From Planctomycetota bacterium (GTDB lineage Bacteria; Planctomycetota; B15-G4), in assembly GCA_020638905.1 (NCBI GenBank), contig JACKHP010000001.1, forward strand, positions 282,792 through 346,791: 64,000 nucleotides of DNA, given 5' to 3'. Shown here in pieces: positions 45,356 through 54,375 of the stretch (within the stretch, counting starts at the first letter, position 1; each line of letters opens with the position of its first letter). Under the pieces are notes generated by a model. That model was not told the origin of the DNA. It saw nothing but the letters and a program-made list of their open reading frames with translations, and ran no database searches. A program made the position numbers and the translations under genes.

Positions 45356-46180
45356 CTATCCCCGTGCGCCGGTCTCGTCGAGCGCGCGCCGGATCGCGAC
45401 GAGCGTCGCGAGCAGCTTCGGCATCTGCTTGAGCGGGATCATGTTCGGCCCGTCGGAGAGCGCCACGTCGGGGTCGGGGTGCGTCTCGGCGAACACGCCG
45501 TCGCAGCCCGCCGCCACCGCCGCGCGCGCCAGGATCGGCGCCATGCTGCGGTCGCCGCCGGTCTTGCCGCCCGCCGCGCTGGGCTTCTGCACCGAGTGCG
45601 TCGCGTCGAAGACCACCGGCACGCCGAACTTCTGCATCTCGGGGATGGCGCGCATGTCGGACACGAGCGCGTTGTAGCCGAAGCTCACGCCGCGATCGGT
45701 GACGCACACGTTCGTGTTGCCCGTGCTGCGCACCTTCTCGATCGAGTGGACGATGTCCCACGGCGCCATGAACTGGCCCTTCTTGACGTTCACCGCGAGG
45801 CCGCTGCGTCCCGCCGCGAGCAGCAGGTCGGTCTGCCGGCACAGGAACGCGGGGATCTGGATCAGGTCGACCTTGCCGATCGCCATCTCGGCGTGGCACA
45901 CCTCGTGGATGTCGGTCATGACCGGCACGTCGACCGCGTCGCGGATGCGCGCGAGCTGGGCCAGTCCCTTCTCGGCACCGGGGCCGCGGAAGCCGTCGAG
46001 CGAGGTGCGGTTGGCCTTGTCGAAGCTCGACTTGAACACGAACGGCACGCCCGCGTCGGCGGCGATCGCCTTCAGCTCGCGCGCCACGCGCAGCGGCAGC
46101 TCGTCGTTCTCGAGCACGCACGGTCCGGCCAGCAGGAAGAGCGGGCCGCCGGGGTCGAGGGTGAGCGGGCCGATGCGCAT
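45356..46180 (-). CDS. kdsA: 3-deoxy-8-phosphooctulonate synthase
   Basis: Starts MRIGPLTLD. Conserved blocks FKSSFDKANRTS, IPAFLCRQTDLL, NVKKGQF, VFDATHSVQ and GVFAETHPDP. Confidence 0.9.
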   Translation of the reverse strand: MRIGPLTLDPGGPLFLLAGPCVLENDELPLRVARELKAIAADAGVPFVFKSSFDKANRTSLDGFRGPGAEKGLAQLARIRDAVDVPVMTDIHEVCHAEMAIGKVDLIQIPAFLCRQTDLLLAAGRSGLAVNVKKGQFMAPWDIVHSIEKVRSTGNTNVCVTDRGVSFGYNALVSDMRAIPEMQKFGVPVVFDATHSVQKPSAAGGKTGGDRSMAPILARAAVAAGCDGVFAETHPDPDVALSDGPNMIPLKQMPKLLATLVAIRRALDETGARG

Positions 46181-46441
46181 GGGGTGGACTCGCGGGAGGT
46201 GGTGCGGTGCGCGCGCGGGGGACGGACGTCGCGCGGCGCGGCGACGTCCAGTGTGCCGCACGGGGGACGTCCGGTGCGAGGGGCGCGCGGCGCGGGCGCG
46301 GCGGACGGGCCGCGGCGGGATCGTGCGACGCACATCCGGCGCGGCGGGCGGGCCTTGTGCGGCGCTCCGGCGCCGCGCAGGCTGGACGACGGCGCGCGCC
46401 GCGCCGGATCCCACTCGCAGCGGCCCTGGGAGCGTCCCGAA

Positions 46442-47302
46442 GTGCACGTCGTCGTCCTCGGCATCAGCGGCTTCGTCGGGTCGGTGCTGCGCGTCGCGCT
46501 GCGGCGCGCCGAGCACGGCGTGACCGGCGTGGCACGCGCGCCGGACGACGCCGGCGACGTGGCGGCCGACCTCTCGCGCGCGGGCGTCGCGACGGACGTG
46601 CTGCGCGGCCTGCGTCCCGACGCCGTGGTGAACCTCGCGGCGCTGCCGGACATCGCGCCCTGCCGCGCCGATCCCGCGCTCGCGCGGCGCGTGAACGCCG
46701 AGCTGCCGGGCGAGGTCGCGGCGGCCTGCGTCGCGCTCGGCGCGCGCTTCGTCCACGTGAGCACCGACCAGGTCTTCGACGGGACGCGCGGCGCGCTGCG
46801 CGAGGACGACGTGCCGGCGCCGATCCACGTCTACGGCGAGACCAAGCTCGCCGGAGAACGCGCGGCTCGGGCGGGCGACCCGGGCGCGCTGGTGCTGCGT
46901 CCGTCGCTCGTCACCGGGCTCGCGCCCGAGGGACGGCGTTCGTCGACGAGCGCGCTGCGCGAGGCGCTCGCGCAGGCGGCGCGCGGGGCGGCCGAGGGCC
47001 CGCGCGCGTTCACCGACGAGCTGCGCACGCCCGTGGCGGTGGACGACCTCGTGCGCGCGCTCGTCGAACTGTGCGCGCGGCGCGACGTGTCCGGCCTGCT
47101 GCACTGCGGCGGCGACGAGGTCGTCTCGCGCTTCGAGCTGGCCCGGCGCGAGGCGCTGCGCGCGGGCTTCGACCCGGCGCTCGTGGGCCGATCGACGCGG
47201 GTCGAGGCGCGACTCGACGCCGAGCGTCCGCGCGATCTCTCGCTGGACAGCGCACGTCTCGTCGCGCTGCTCGGCTGGACGCCGCGCCTGTTCGGCGACT
47301 GA
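46442..47302 (+). CDS. RmlD-family SDR (dTDP-4-dehydrorhamnose reductase-like)
   Basis: In-frame GTG 46442 in ORF 45479..47302. Motifs VLGISGFVG, VHVSTDQVFDG, YGETKLAGE and FTDELRTPV. Confidence 0.7.
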   Translation: MHVVVLGISGFVGSVLRVALRRAEHGVTGVARAPDDAGDVAADLSRAGVATDVLRGLRPDAVVNLAALPDIAPCRADPALARRVNAELPGEVAAACVALGARFVHVSTDQVFDGTRGALREDDVPAPIHVYGETKLAGERAARAGDPGALVLRPSLVTGLAPEGRRSSTSALREALAQAARGAAEGPRAFTDELRTPVAVDDLVRALVELCARRDVSGLLHCGGDEVVSRFELARREALRAGFDPALVGRSTRVEARLDAERPRDLSLDSARLVALLGWTPRLFGD

Positions 47303-47358
47303 GGCAGCGGCCGGCGAGAGTGCTTCATCCGCCCGCACGGGCGAGGGATGATCCTCGG

Positions 47359-47442
47359 GAAGCCGAAGCCGAAGCCGAAGCCGAAGCCGAAGCCGAAGCC
47401 GAAGCCGAAGCCGAAGCCGAAGCCGAAGCCGAAGCCGAAGCC
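47359..47442. repeat. Perfect (GAAGCC)14 microsatellite
   Basis: Counted directly: 14 perfect units between the RmlD-like stop (47302) and the ApgM-like ATG (47467). Confidence 0.95.
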
Positions 47443-47466
47443 GATCCCGCGGACCGATCCCCGTCG

Positions 47467-48687
47467 ATGAAGCTGCTCGTCCTCCTGCCCACCGGCTGCG
47501 CCGATGCGCCCGTGCCCGCCCTCGACGGACGCACGCCGCTGGCCGCCGCGCGCACGCCGCAGCTCGACGCCCTGGCGAAGGAGGGCCGCGTCGGACTCGC
47601 GCGCCACGCGTCGGCGGGGGCGCTGCCGGTGAGCCACCAGGCGCTGCTCTCGGTGCTCGGCTACGACCCGCTGCGCGAGCAGGTCTCGCGCGGTGGTCTC
47701 GAGGCCGCGGGGCTCGGCGTCGCGCTCGGGCCCGACGACCTCGCCTACCGGCTCAACTTCGTGGCGACCTTCCAGGGCCGGCTGATCGACTTCCACGCGG
47801 GGCAGATGAACTCGGTCGAGGCGCGCCTGCTCGTCGAGGCGCTGCAGCACGAGCTCGGCGGCGAACGCTTCGACGTGCACGCTGGCACCGGCTACCGCAA
47901 CCTGCTCGTGGTGCACGACGCGCGCGGCCTGCAGATCGAGACCACCGCGCCGCAGTGGGTGGCCGGCAAGCCCGTCTCCGACGGCCTGCCGAAGGGACGC
48001 GACGCCAAGCTGCTGCTCGACTTCATGTCCAGCGCGGCGAAGGTGCTCGCGCGGCACGACATCAACCGCGTGCGCATCGACCTGGGCGAGAACCCCGCCG
48101 CGCACGTCTGGCCCTGGGGCGGCGGGACGCGCGCCGTCGTCGAACCCTTCGAGCTGCGCCACGGCCTCTCGCTGGGCGTCGTCGCGGCCGTGCCGCTGGC
48201 GCGCGGCCTGGGGCGCACGCTGGGCGCCGAGGTGCGCGACGTCCCCGGGGCGACCGGCGGCTGGGACACCGACTACGCGGCCAAGGTCTCCGCCGCGCTC
48301 GAGCTGCTCGCGCGTCACGACGTCGTGCTGCTGCACCTCGGCGCGCCGAACGAGGCCAGCCATCCCGGCAACCCGCGGCTCAAGGTCTCGGTGCTGGAAG
48401 ACGTCGACCGCCGCGTCGTGGCGCCGCTGCGTGCCGCGCTCGTGAAACGCGACGACGTACGCCTGCTCGTGACGACCGACCACATGACGCCGCTGCCCGG
48501 CGGACGCGTCACGTCCGAGGTGCCGTTCGTGATCTGGGGACCGGGCATCGCGCCCACGCGCGACGTCCCGTTCACCGAGGAGGGCGCGGCCGCCGCCGAC
48601 CTGCGCGTCGACGAAGGACGCCTGCTCTTCGACTGGCTGCTGGGACGCCGCGGATCGCCGACCGGGCGGCTCGTCGCGGACGGCTGA
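47467..48687 (+). CDS. Cofactor-independent phosphoglycerate mutase-like protein (ApgM / alkaline-phosphatase superfamily)
   Basis: Starts MKLLVLLPTGCADAP...GRTPL..A.TPQLDALA. A later block reads LVTTDHMTP. Several expected metal-ligand positions look substituted. An upstream in-frame GTG at 47320 would add an (EA)14 extension. Confidence 0.65.
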   Translation: MKLLVLLPTGCADAPVPALDGRTPLAAARTPQLDALAKEGRVGLARHASAGALPVSHQALLSVLGYDPLREQVSRGGLEAAGLGVALGPDDLAYRLNFVATFQGRLIDFHAGQMNSVEARLLVEALQHELGGERFDVHAGTGYRNLLVVHDARGLQIETTAPQWVAGKPVSDGLPKGRDAKLLLDFMSSAAKVLARHDINRVRIDLGENPAAHVWPWGGGTRAVVEPFELRHGLSLGVVAAVPLARGLGRTLGAEVRDVPGATGGWDTDYAAKVSAALELLARHDVVLLHLGAPNEASHPGNPRLKVSVLEDVDRRVVAPLRAALVKRDDVRLLVTTDHMTPLPGGRVTSEVPFVIWGPGIAPTRDVPFTEEGAAAADLRVDEGRLLFDWLLGRRGSPTGRLVADG

Positions 48688-48717
48688 CGATCGAGGGGCG
48701 CGGCGGCGCGCCCCGCG

Positions 48718-49038
48718 TCACCCGCCGCGCAGCACGCGTCGATCGGCGGACGGCGCATCGGCCGCGTAGCCGTGCAGCGTACGCGCCGGATCCTCGATCC
48801 ACACGCGGCCGCAGGCGGTGCACTGCCACGCGAGGCGCTGCGCGTGCGAGACGAGCGTGCGCAGGCGCATCGCGGCCGCGTCCTCGCCGATGCGCCCCGC
48901 GGCGAGGGGCGCGACGACCTCGTCGTCGAGGGCGTCGAGCAGGCCCGTCCAGCGCTCGTCGGCGATGAGGTGCGCCTTGTTCGGGTGACCGTCGGTCGAG
49001 TCGACGATCTGTGCGCCGCAGGTGCAGGTGATCTTCAT
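48718..49038 (-). CDS. Small zinc-ribbon-like protein (hypothetical)
   Basis: Internal start MKITCTCGAQIV. A second Cys pair occurs in WQCTACGRVW. 106 aa. Confidence 0.5.
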   Translation of the reverse strand: MKITCTCGAQIVDSTDGHPNKAHLIADERWTGLLDALDDEVVAPLAAGRIGEDAAAMRLRTLVSHAQRLAWQCTACGRVWIEDPARTLHGYAADAPSADRRVLRGG

Positions 49039-49042
49039 GGGC

Positions 49043-50095
49043 TCACTCCGTGCGCACGAGGTGCGCCTCGACCGCGAGGCAGGTGGGATGCCCCGAGGTT
49101 TCGGGCGGGATGTTGTGCATGACCATGCTCCACGCGTCGCGTGACTCGGGGACGATCGCGATCTCCCAGCCCCAGTCGGGGCCGGGCGGCGCGGGGTAGG
49201 TCGTCGCGAGCAGCACACCGCCGTCGGGAGCGGAGGCCGCGTCGAGGGTCATGATCCCGCGGCCGGTGTGGAACGAGTCGACCCACGCGGCGCCGGTGGC
49301 CGCGCCCGACGCGTCGCGCGCGACGAGCAGCAGTCCGTCGTGCGGCGTGTCGCCGTCGGCCCACGTGTACGCGATGGCGAGCGCGTGCGTGCGCTCGGCG
49401 ACGGAAACGTCGACCGTGATCGAGGACGCGCTCACGGGCGAGGTCGGCATGAGCCACAGGGCGTTGCGGCCCGTCCAGTGACCGGCGAGAGAGGCCAGCG
49501 GGTCGGACGCGGGCGCCGCGGTGCGCGCGTCCGACACGGCGTCGGCTGCCTGCGCGTCGGACGTGGGCGCGCGCGGTCCGCGCACGAGCTCGTCGGTGAA
49601 GTGTACGCGCCACGTGGCGCCGCCGTCGTCGGAGACCTGCTGCGTGCGCGTCCAGCGGTCGGCTTCGATCGTCGAGCAGACGAGGCGCGACTCGCGCCCG
49701 CGGCCGGGCGTGGCCGACGTCCAGGTCACCGCGCCGTCGGCGGGCACGTCGGCCTCGAGGCGCGCGAACGCAGGACGCGACGCGTTGCCGTAGAGCATGA
49801 CCCAGCGTCCGCCGTCGTCGAGACGCGAGCGCAGCACGAAGCCCACGTACGGCGGGTCGACGTCGACCTCCAGGCGCTCGAACTGTCCCTCGCCGCCAGG
49901 CACGGCTTCGACGAGGATCGAGATCGGTTCGGCGCTGCCGTCGTCGGCGCGGCGCACGCCGTGCCACGCGCCGAGCCATTCGTCGAGCGGTCGGGCCGGT
50001 GCCGCGGCATTCTCGCGGGGCGGCGCGCTGCAGCCGACGAGCGTGGCGACGGCGAGCGCGAGCGCGGCGAGCGAGGCCATCCTGCGGGGCTTCAT
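49043..50095 (-). CDS. Lipoprotein, hypothetical (two related halves)
   Basis: 350 aa with a lipobox (ATLVGC). Both halves carry W-x-G-x-W/WTG lipocalin-like patterns. Confidence 0.6.
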   Translation of the reverse strand: MKPRRMASLAALALAVATLVGCSAPPRENAAAPARPLDEWLGAWHGVRRADDGSAEPISILVEAVPGGEGQFERLEVDVDPPYVGFVLRSRLDDGGRWVMLYGNASRPAFARLEADVPADGAVTWTSATPGRGRESRLVCSTIEADRWTRTQQVSDDGGATWRVHFTDELVRGPRAPTSDAQAADAVSDARTAAPASDPLASLAGHWTGRNALWLMPTSPVSASSITVDVSVAERTHALAIAYTWADGDTPHDGLLLVARDASGAATGAAWVDSFHTGRGIMTLDAASAPDGGVLLATTYPAPPGPDWGWEIAIVPESRDAWSMVMHNIPPETSGHPTCLAVEAHLVRTE

Positions 50096-50256
50096 CGGCC
50101 GTCGTTCCGTGCGGGTGGGGAGGGCAGGACGAGCAGCGCGGCTCGGCCGTCCGGGGAAGGATTGTGCACCAGGGAACCCGGGGTCGTCCGGCCGACCGCC
50201 CGCGTCCGCGGATTTCGCCGTGGCGGGCCGAGTGTATCGGTGTTACCATACAGTCA

Positions 50257-52122
50257 ATGACGACGAGAGCCCTCCGGCGGCGGCTCGTGATGCTCCGGAG
50301 GCTCGTGGCGAGGAGTGCTCCGATGCAGACGAACGACCTGTCCATCCTTTCGAAGTCCACGGGCGCGTCGCGGGTGGCGGCCTGCGGCGCGGCCTGGCTG
50401 GTGGCGACGCTCTGCGGTGCAGCCAGCGCGCGAGCGCTGCCCGACGGTGGCGCGCTGCAGCAGGCCTTCGCCAGGCTGCGCGTCGAGGGCGTGCTGCCGT
50501 GCGACACGTGGGTCGCGCTCTCCGACGCGACGGCGTCGGGCGCGGTGATCCTGGCCAAGAACAGCGACCGCACGGTCTTCGACTGCCAGCCGCTGCTGCT
50601 CCATCCCCGCCGCTCGTGGCCGGACGGCGCCGAGATCGATCTCGGGCGCACGCGCGTCGCGCAGGTCGCCGAGACGTTCGCGACGCTCGGCTCGAGTCCC
50701 TACTGGTGCTGGGGATACGAGGAGGGCATCAACGAGTTCGGCGTGGCCATCGGCAACGAGGGACTGTTCACGCGCGGGTGCGCCGCCGACGTCGCGTCCC
50801 ACGCGCGCGGCGAGGGACCCGAGTTCGGTCCGACCGGCATGGACCTGCTGCGTCTCGCGCTCGAACGCTCGCGCACCGCCCGGCAGGCCGTCGAGACGCT
50901 CGGCGACCTGCTCGAGGAATACGGCCAGTTCGGATCGGGCCTGCCGACGGCGCCCGCCGAGCTGGGCGCGTACGACAACTCGTTCCTCGTCGCCGACGGG
51001 CACGAGGCGTGGGTCGTCGAGACCTGCGGCCGCCACTGGGTCGCGCGTCGCCAGGACGCGGGGACCACGTCGATCTCGAACGTGACGAGCATCGGCAGCA
51101 CGTGGGACCTGGCCTCCGAGCGCCTCGTCGAGGACGCCGTCGCGCGCGGCTGGTGGCCCGCCGAGGACGCAGCCGGCTTCGACTTCTCCGTCGCCGTCCT
51201 CGATCCGACCCCGGCGATCGCCGCCGCGTCCGATCGCGCCCGGACACGCGCGACCTGCTCGTCGGGCCTCCTGCTCGAGAAGCAGGGCGACGTCGATCCG
51301 CGCTGGATGATGCGCATCGCGCGCGACCGGTCGACGTCGCCGAGCCTCGATCTCGACGTGACGGCCAGCTCGTGCGTCGCGGTGCTGCCCCGGAGCGGGG
51401 ACGAGCTGCCGGTCTTCTGGTGGTGCGCGGGCACGCCGAGCAACGGCTGCTACGTGCCCTTCTTCGTCCACGGCGACGGGCTCCCGGCGATCGTCTCGAC
51501 CGCGGGCACGGTCGGACGCGCGATCACGCCGCCCAGCCGCGTGGCTCCCGACGGCTTCTCGCGCGACTCGTACTGGTGGCGCTTCCGCGAGCTGAGCGAC
51601 CTCGTGCGCGCCGACGACGCGCTGCGCAACCCGATCGTGCGCAAGGCCTTCGACGCGCTCGAGGTGGAGTTCGAGCGCGGGTTGCCGGGCGTCCTCGACG
51701 AGGCGACCGCGCTGCGGCGCGACGGACGCGAGCGCGAAGGCGCCGCACGGCTCGCGGCGTACTCGGCGGCTTGCGTCGAGCGCACGCTGGTCGTGCTCGA
51801 CGCGCTGCGGGACGAGCTGGGCGCCATGCACGTCGACGTGCCGGCCGCGTACGCGCCGTTCCTCGGCCGCTACGTCGCGCGTCCCGGCGGCCAGGAGGTC
51901 GCGATCGAGGCCCTGTTCCAGAGCGGAAAGCTGGCCGTGCGGCTGCCCGACGGGCGCGTCTTCGAACTCCTCGAGCCCGGCCAGGACGGGCGCCGGGTCT
52001 TCGCACTCACCGACCAGGCGGCCGTGAGCTTCACGCGCGCGGGGAGCGGACCCGCGACGAGCATGACGCTCCACCAGCAGGGCGCCGACCTCGTGCTCGA
52101 GCGCGAGGTCGTGGACGACTGA
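50257..52122 (+). CDS. Peptidase family C69-like dipeptidase (Ntn-hydrolase fold)
   Basis: Frame of ORF 49999..52122. A signal-like N-terminus is followed by LPCDTWVALSDATASGAVILAKNSDR (candidate nucleophile Cys) and then EGINEFGVAIGNE. Confidence 0.65.
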   Translation: MTTRALRRRLVMLRRLVARSAPMQTNDLSILSKSTGASRVAACGAAWLVATLCGAASARALPDGGALQQAFARLRVEGVLPCDTWVALSDATASGAVILAKNSDRTVFDCQPLLLHPRRSWPDGAEIDLGRTRVAQVAETFATLGSSPYWCWGYEEGINEFGVAIGNEGLFTRGCAADVASHARGEGPEFGPTGMDLLRLALERSRTARQAVETLGDLLEEYGQFGSGLPTAPAELGAYDNSFLVADGHEAWVVETCGRHWVARRQDAGTTSISNVTSIGSTWDLASERLVEDAVARGWWPAEDAAGFDFSVAVLDPTPAIAAASDRARTRATCSSGLLLEKQGDVDPRWMMRIARDRSTSPSLDLDVTASSCVAVLPRSGDELPVFWWCAGTPSNGCYVPFFVHGDGLPAIVSTAGTVGRAITPPSRVAPDGFSRDSYWWRFRELSDLVRADDALRNPIVRKAFDALEVEFERGLPGVLDEATALRRDGREREGAARLAAYSAACVERTLVVLDALRDELGAMHVDVPAAYAPFLGRYVARPGGQEVAIEALFQSGKLAVRLPDGRVFELLEPGQDGRRVFALTDQAAVSFTRAGSGPATSMTLHQQGADLVLEREVVDD

Positions 52123-52158
52123 CCCGCCGGCGTCCCCTCGCGGAGGCATCGCGCAACC

Positions 52159-52581
52159 GTGCTGCACTACCAGATCGACCCGGCGAACTCGGCGCCCGCC
52201 TACCGCCAGCTCATGGCGCAGGTGCAGTACTACGTCGCGTCGGGGGCCGTGAAGGCGGGCGAACGGCTGCCGTCGATCCGCGAGCTGGCGCGCGCCCTGC
52301 GGGTGAACCCGAGCACGATCGTGAAGGCCTACGGCGAGCTCGAGCACGCCGGGGTGATCGAGCGCCGGCAGGGCAGCGGCGTGTTCGTGCGTGCGGGGGC
52401 GAAGACGCCGTCGAAGCGCGAGCGCGTACGCACGCTGCGGGAACGCGCGCGCAGCCTGGTCGTCGAGGCGCGGCAGATGGGGGCCGAGCGCGAACTCGTC
52501 CTCGACCTGCTCGCCGAGGAGTGGGATGCCCTCGACGCGCGCGGCGCGCGCACCGGGGACGGCGATGGAGTCGAGTCATGA
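52159..52581 (+). CDS. GntR-family transcriptional regulator (YtrA subfamily)
   Basis: 140 aa. Winged-HTH pattern GERLPSIRELARALRVNPSTIVKAYGELEHAGVIERRQGSGVFV with a short C-terminal domain. Confidence 0.85.
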   Translation: MLHYQIDPANSAPAYRQLMAQVQYYVASGAVKAGERLPSIRELARALRVNPSTIVKAYGELEHAGVIERRQGSGVFVRAGAKTPSKRERVRTLRERARSLVVEARQMGAERELVLDLLAEEWDALDARGARTGDGDGVES

Positions 52582-53498
52582 ACACGGAACACGCTGTGCA
52601 CGTCGAGCGCCTGTGCAAGACGTTCGGTCCGACGACGGCCCTCGACGAGCTCGACCTCGCGGTGCCGCGCGGCACGGTGTTCGGCCTGCTGGGACGCAAC
52701 GGCGCCGGCAAGACCACGCTGATGCGCGTGATCATGGGCCTGCTGCGCCCCGATCGCGGCGAGGCGCTCGTCTTCGGCGAGGACATGCGCCGCGCCCCGA
52801 TCGACCTGCGGGCGCGCGTCGCCTACGTCCCGCAGGAGGTCTCGCTCATCGCGCGCCTCGATCTCGCGCGCCACGCCGACCTGCTCGGGCACTTCTATCC
52901 GCGCTTCGACGTCGACGCGGCCCGCTCCCTCGCGCGCCGGCTCGACGTCGACTGGGATCTCGCGGCGGGCGCGCTGTCGGTCGGCAGCCGGCGCAAGGCG
53001 GCGGTCGTGCTCGCCCTGGCGAGCGGCGCCGACCTCGTGGTGCTCGACGAGCCGGCCGCGGGACTCGACCCGCTCGCCCGGCGCGCGCTCTACGAGCTGC
53101 TCATCGAACGCCTGGGCGAGGGCGGCGAGCTGACCGTCCTGCTGTCGACGCATCTCGTGCACGACCTCGAGCGCCTCGCCGATCGGGTGGCGATCCTCGA
53201 CGCAGGGCGGACCCTGCGCGTCGACGACGTCGAGGGCTTCGCACGCAGCCTCGTGCGGCTGCAGGTCGTCTTCCCCGACGACGTGCCGCGCGACTTCGAG
53301 ATCCCCGGCGCCGAGACGACGCGGCGCGAGGGCTGCGTCGCGGTCGGGGTCGTCGACGTCGTGCGCGCCGGCGGCAGGCTGGCGGAGCTCGAGGCCCGGC
53401 GCGACCTGCGCGTCACCCGCTTCGCGCTCGGCCTCGAAGACGTCTTCGTCGAGCTCGTCGGCCCGCGCGAGGACAGCCTCACGGAGGTCGCGTCATGA
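52578..53498 (+). CDS. ABC transporter ATP-binding protein
   Basis: ATGA overlap with the upstream gene. Walker A GRNGAGKTT, signature-like LSVGSRRK, Walker B LVVLDEPAAGLD. Confidence 0.85.
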   Translation: MNTEHAVHVERLCKTFGPTTALDELDLAVPRGTVFGLLGRNGAGKTTLMRVIMGLLRPDRGEALVFGEDMRRAPIDLRARVAYVPQEVSLIARLDLARHADLLGHFYPRFDVDAARSLARRLDVDWDLAAGALSVGSRRKAAVVLALASGADLVVLDEPAAGLDPLARRALYELLIERLGEGGELTVLLSTHLVHDLERLADRVAILDAGRTLRVDDVEGFARSLVRLQVVFPDDVPRDFEIPGAETTRREGCVAVGVVDVVRAGGRLAELEARRDLRVTRFALGLEDVFVELVGPREDSLTEVAS

Positions 53499-54313
53499 TC
53501 CCGGCGAACGATGCGAACGTCCTGCGCCGCAGCGCCCTCCGCGGCCTGCTCTGGATGGACTACCAGCGTCACAAGGAAGGCTTCCTGGTCGGCCTGCCGA
53601 TGCTCGCCGTCGCGATGCTCGCCGTGGGCGCGATCGACGGCGCGAGCGGTCCGCTCGTGTTCTGGATGGGACTCGCGATGGGCGTCGCCTGCGGCCTCGG
53701 CTTCGGCACCGGCGAGTGGACCCAGGGCGTCGAGGAATACTCGCTCGGCCTGCCGCCCACGCGCCGCGACCGCTACCTCGTGCGCTTCGCGCTCGGGCTC
53801 GCATTCCTGCTGCCGCTGTACGTCCTGGGCCTCGCGTCGGGCCCGCTCGGATGGACGCGCGCCCTGTGGGAGCTGACGCCCTTCGAGCTGCCCGCCGGCC
53901 GACTCGACTCCGTCCTGTGGGACGGTTTCGCGGGTCCGGGCTTCTGTGTCCTCGGCATCGGCCTGTCGCTCGCGGTCTTCGCGGAGACCTACGCCGTCTC
54001 GATCAACGTCGAGCGTCGCGGCAGCCCGTGGTTCGTGCGGCTCGTGCCTTTCGGCGTCGGCGCCGCGCTGGTCGCCGTCGCCGACTCGGCCTTCTTCCCC
54101 GACGCGTTCGGCTACCTCACGGGCCTCCTCGGTCTCGCCTGGGTCGCGCCGCGCACGGTCTTCGGGGCCAGGGCCTTCGAGCGCAAGGACGTGGTGTTGG
54201 ACGGACCGACGACCGGGGGCGGGACGGCACGCCCGGCGCCGCTGCTGGCCGTGCTGCTCGGCGTCCTCGCGGCCATCGGCCTCTTCGTCTGGGCGCTCGC
54301 CGCGAAGCCGTAG
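53495..54313 (+). CDS. ABC transporter permease-like membrane protein
   Basis: ATGA overlap with the upstream gene. About six TM helices. Sits in the YtrA-type operon context. Confidence 0.6.
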   Translation: MIPANDANVLRRSALRGLLWMDYQRHKEGFLVGLPMLAVAMLAVGAIDGASGPLVFWMGLAMGVACGLGFGTGEWTQGVEEYSLGLPPTRRDRYLVRFALGLAFLLPLYVLGLASGPLGWTRALWELTPFELPAGRLDSVLWDGFAGPGFCVLGIGLSLAVFAETYAVSINVERRGSPWFVRLVPFGVGAALVAVADSAFFPDAFGYLTGLLGLAWVAPRTVFGARAFERKDVVLDGPTTGGGTARPAPLLAVLLGVLAAIGLFVWALAAKP

Positions 54314-54375
54314 GCCGGCCCGGAGCCCTGCGAGGCGAGAGCGTCGCCGCGCGCACGAGGCGACGCGCCCGCGCG

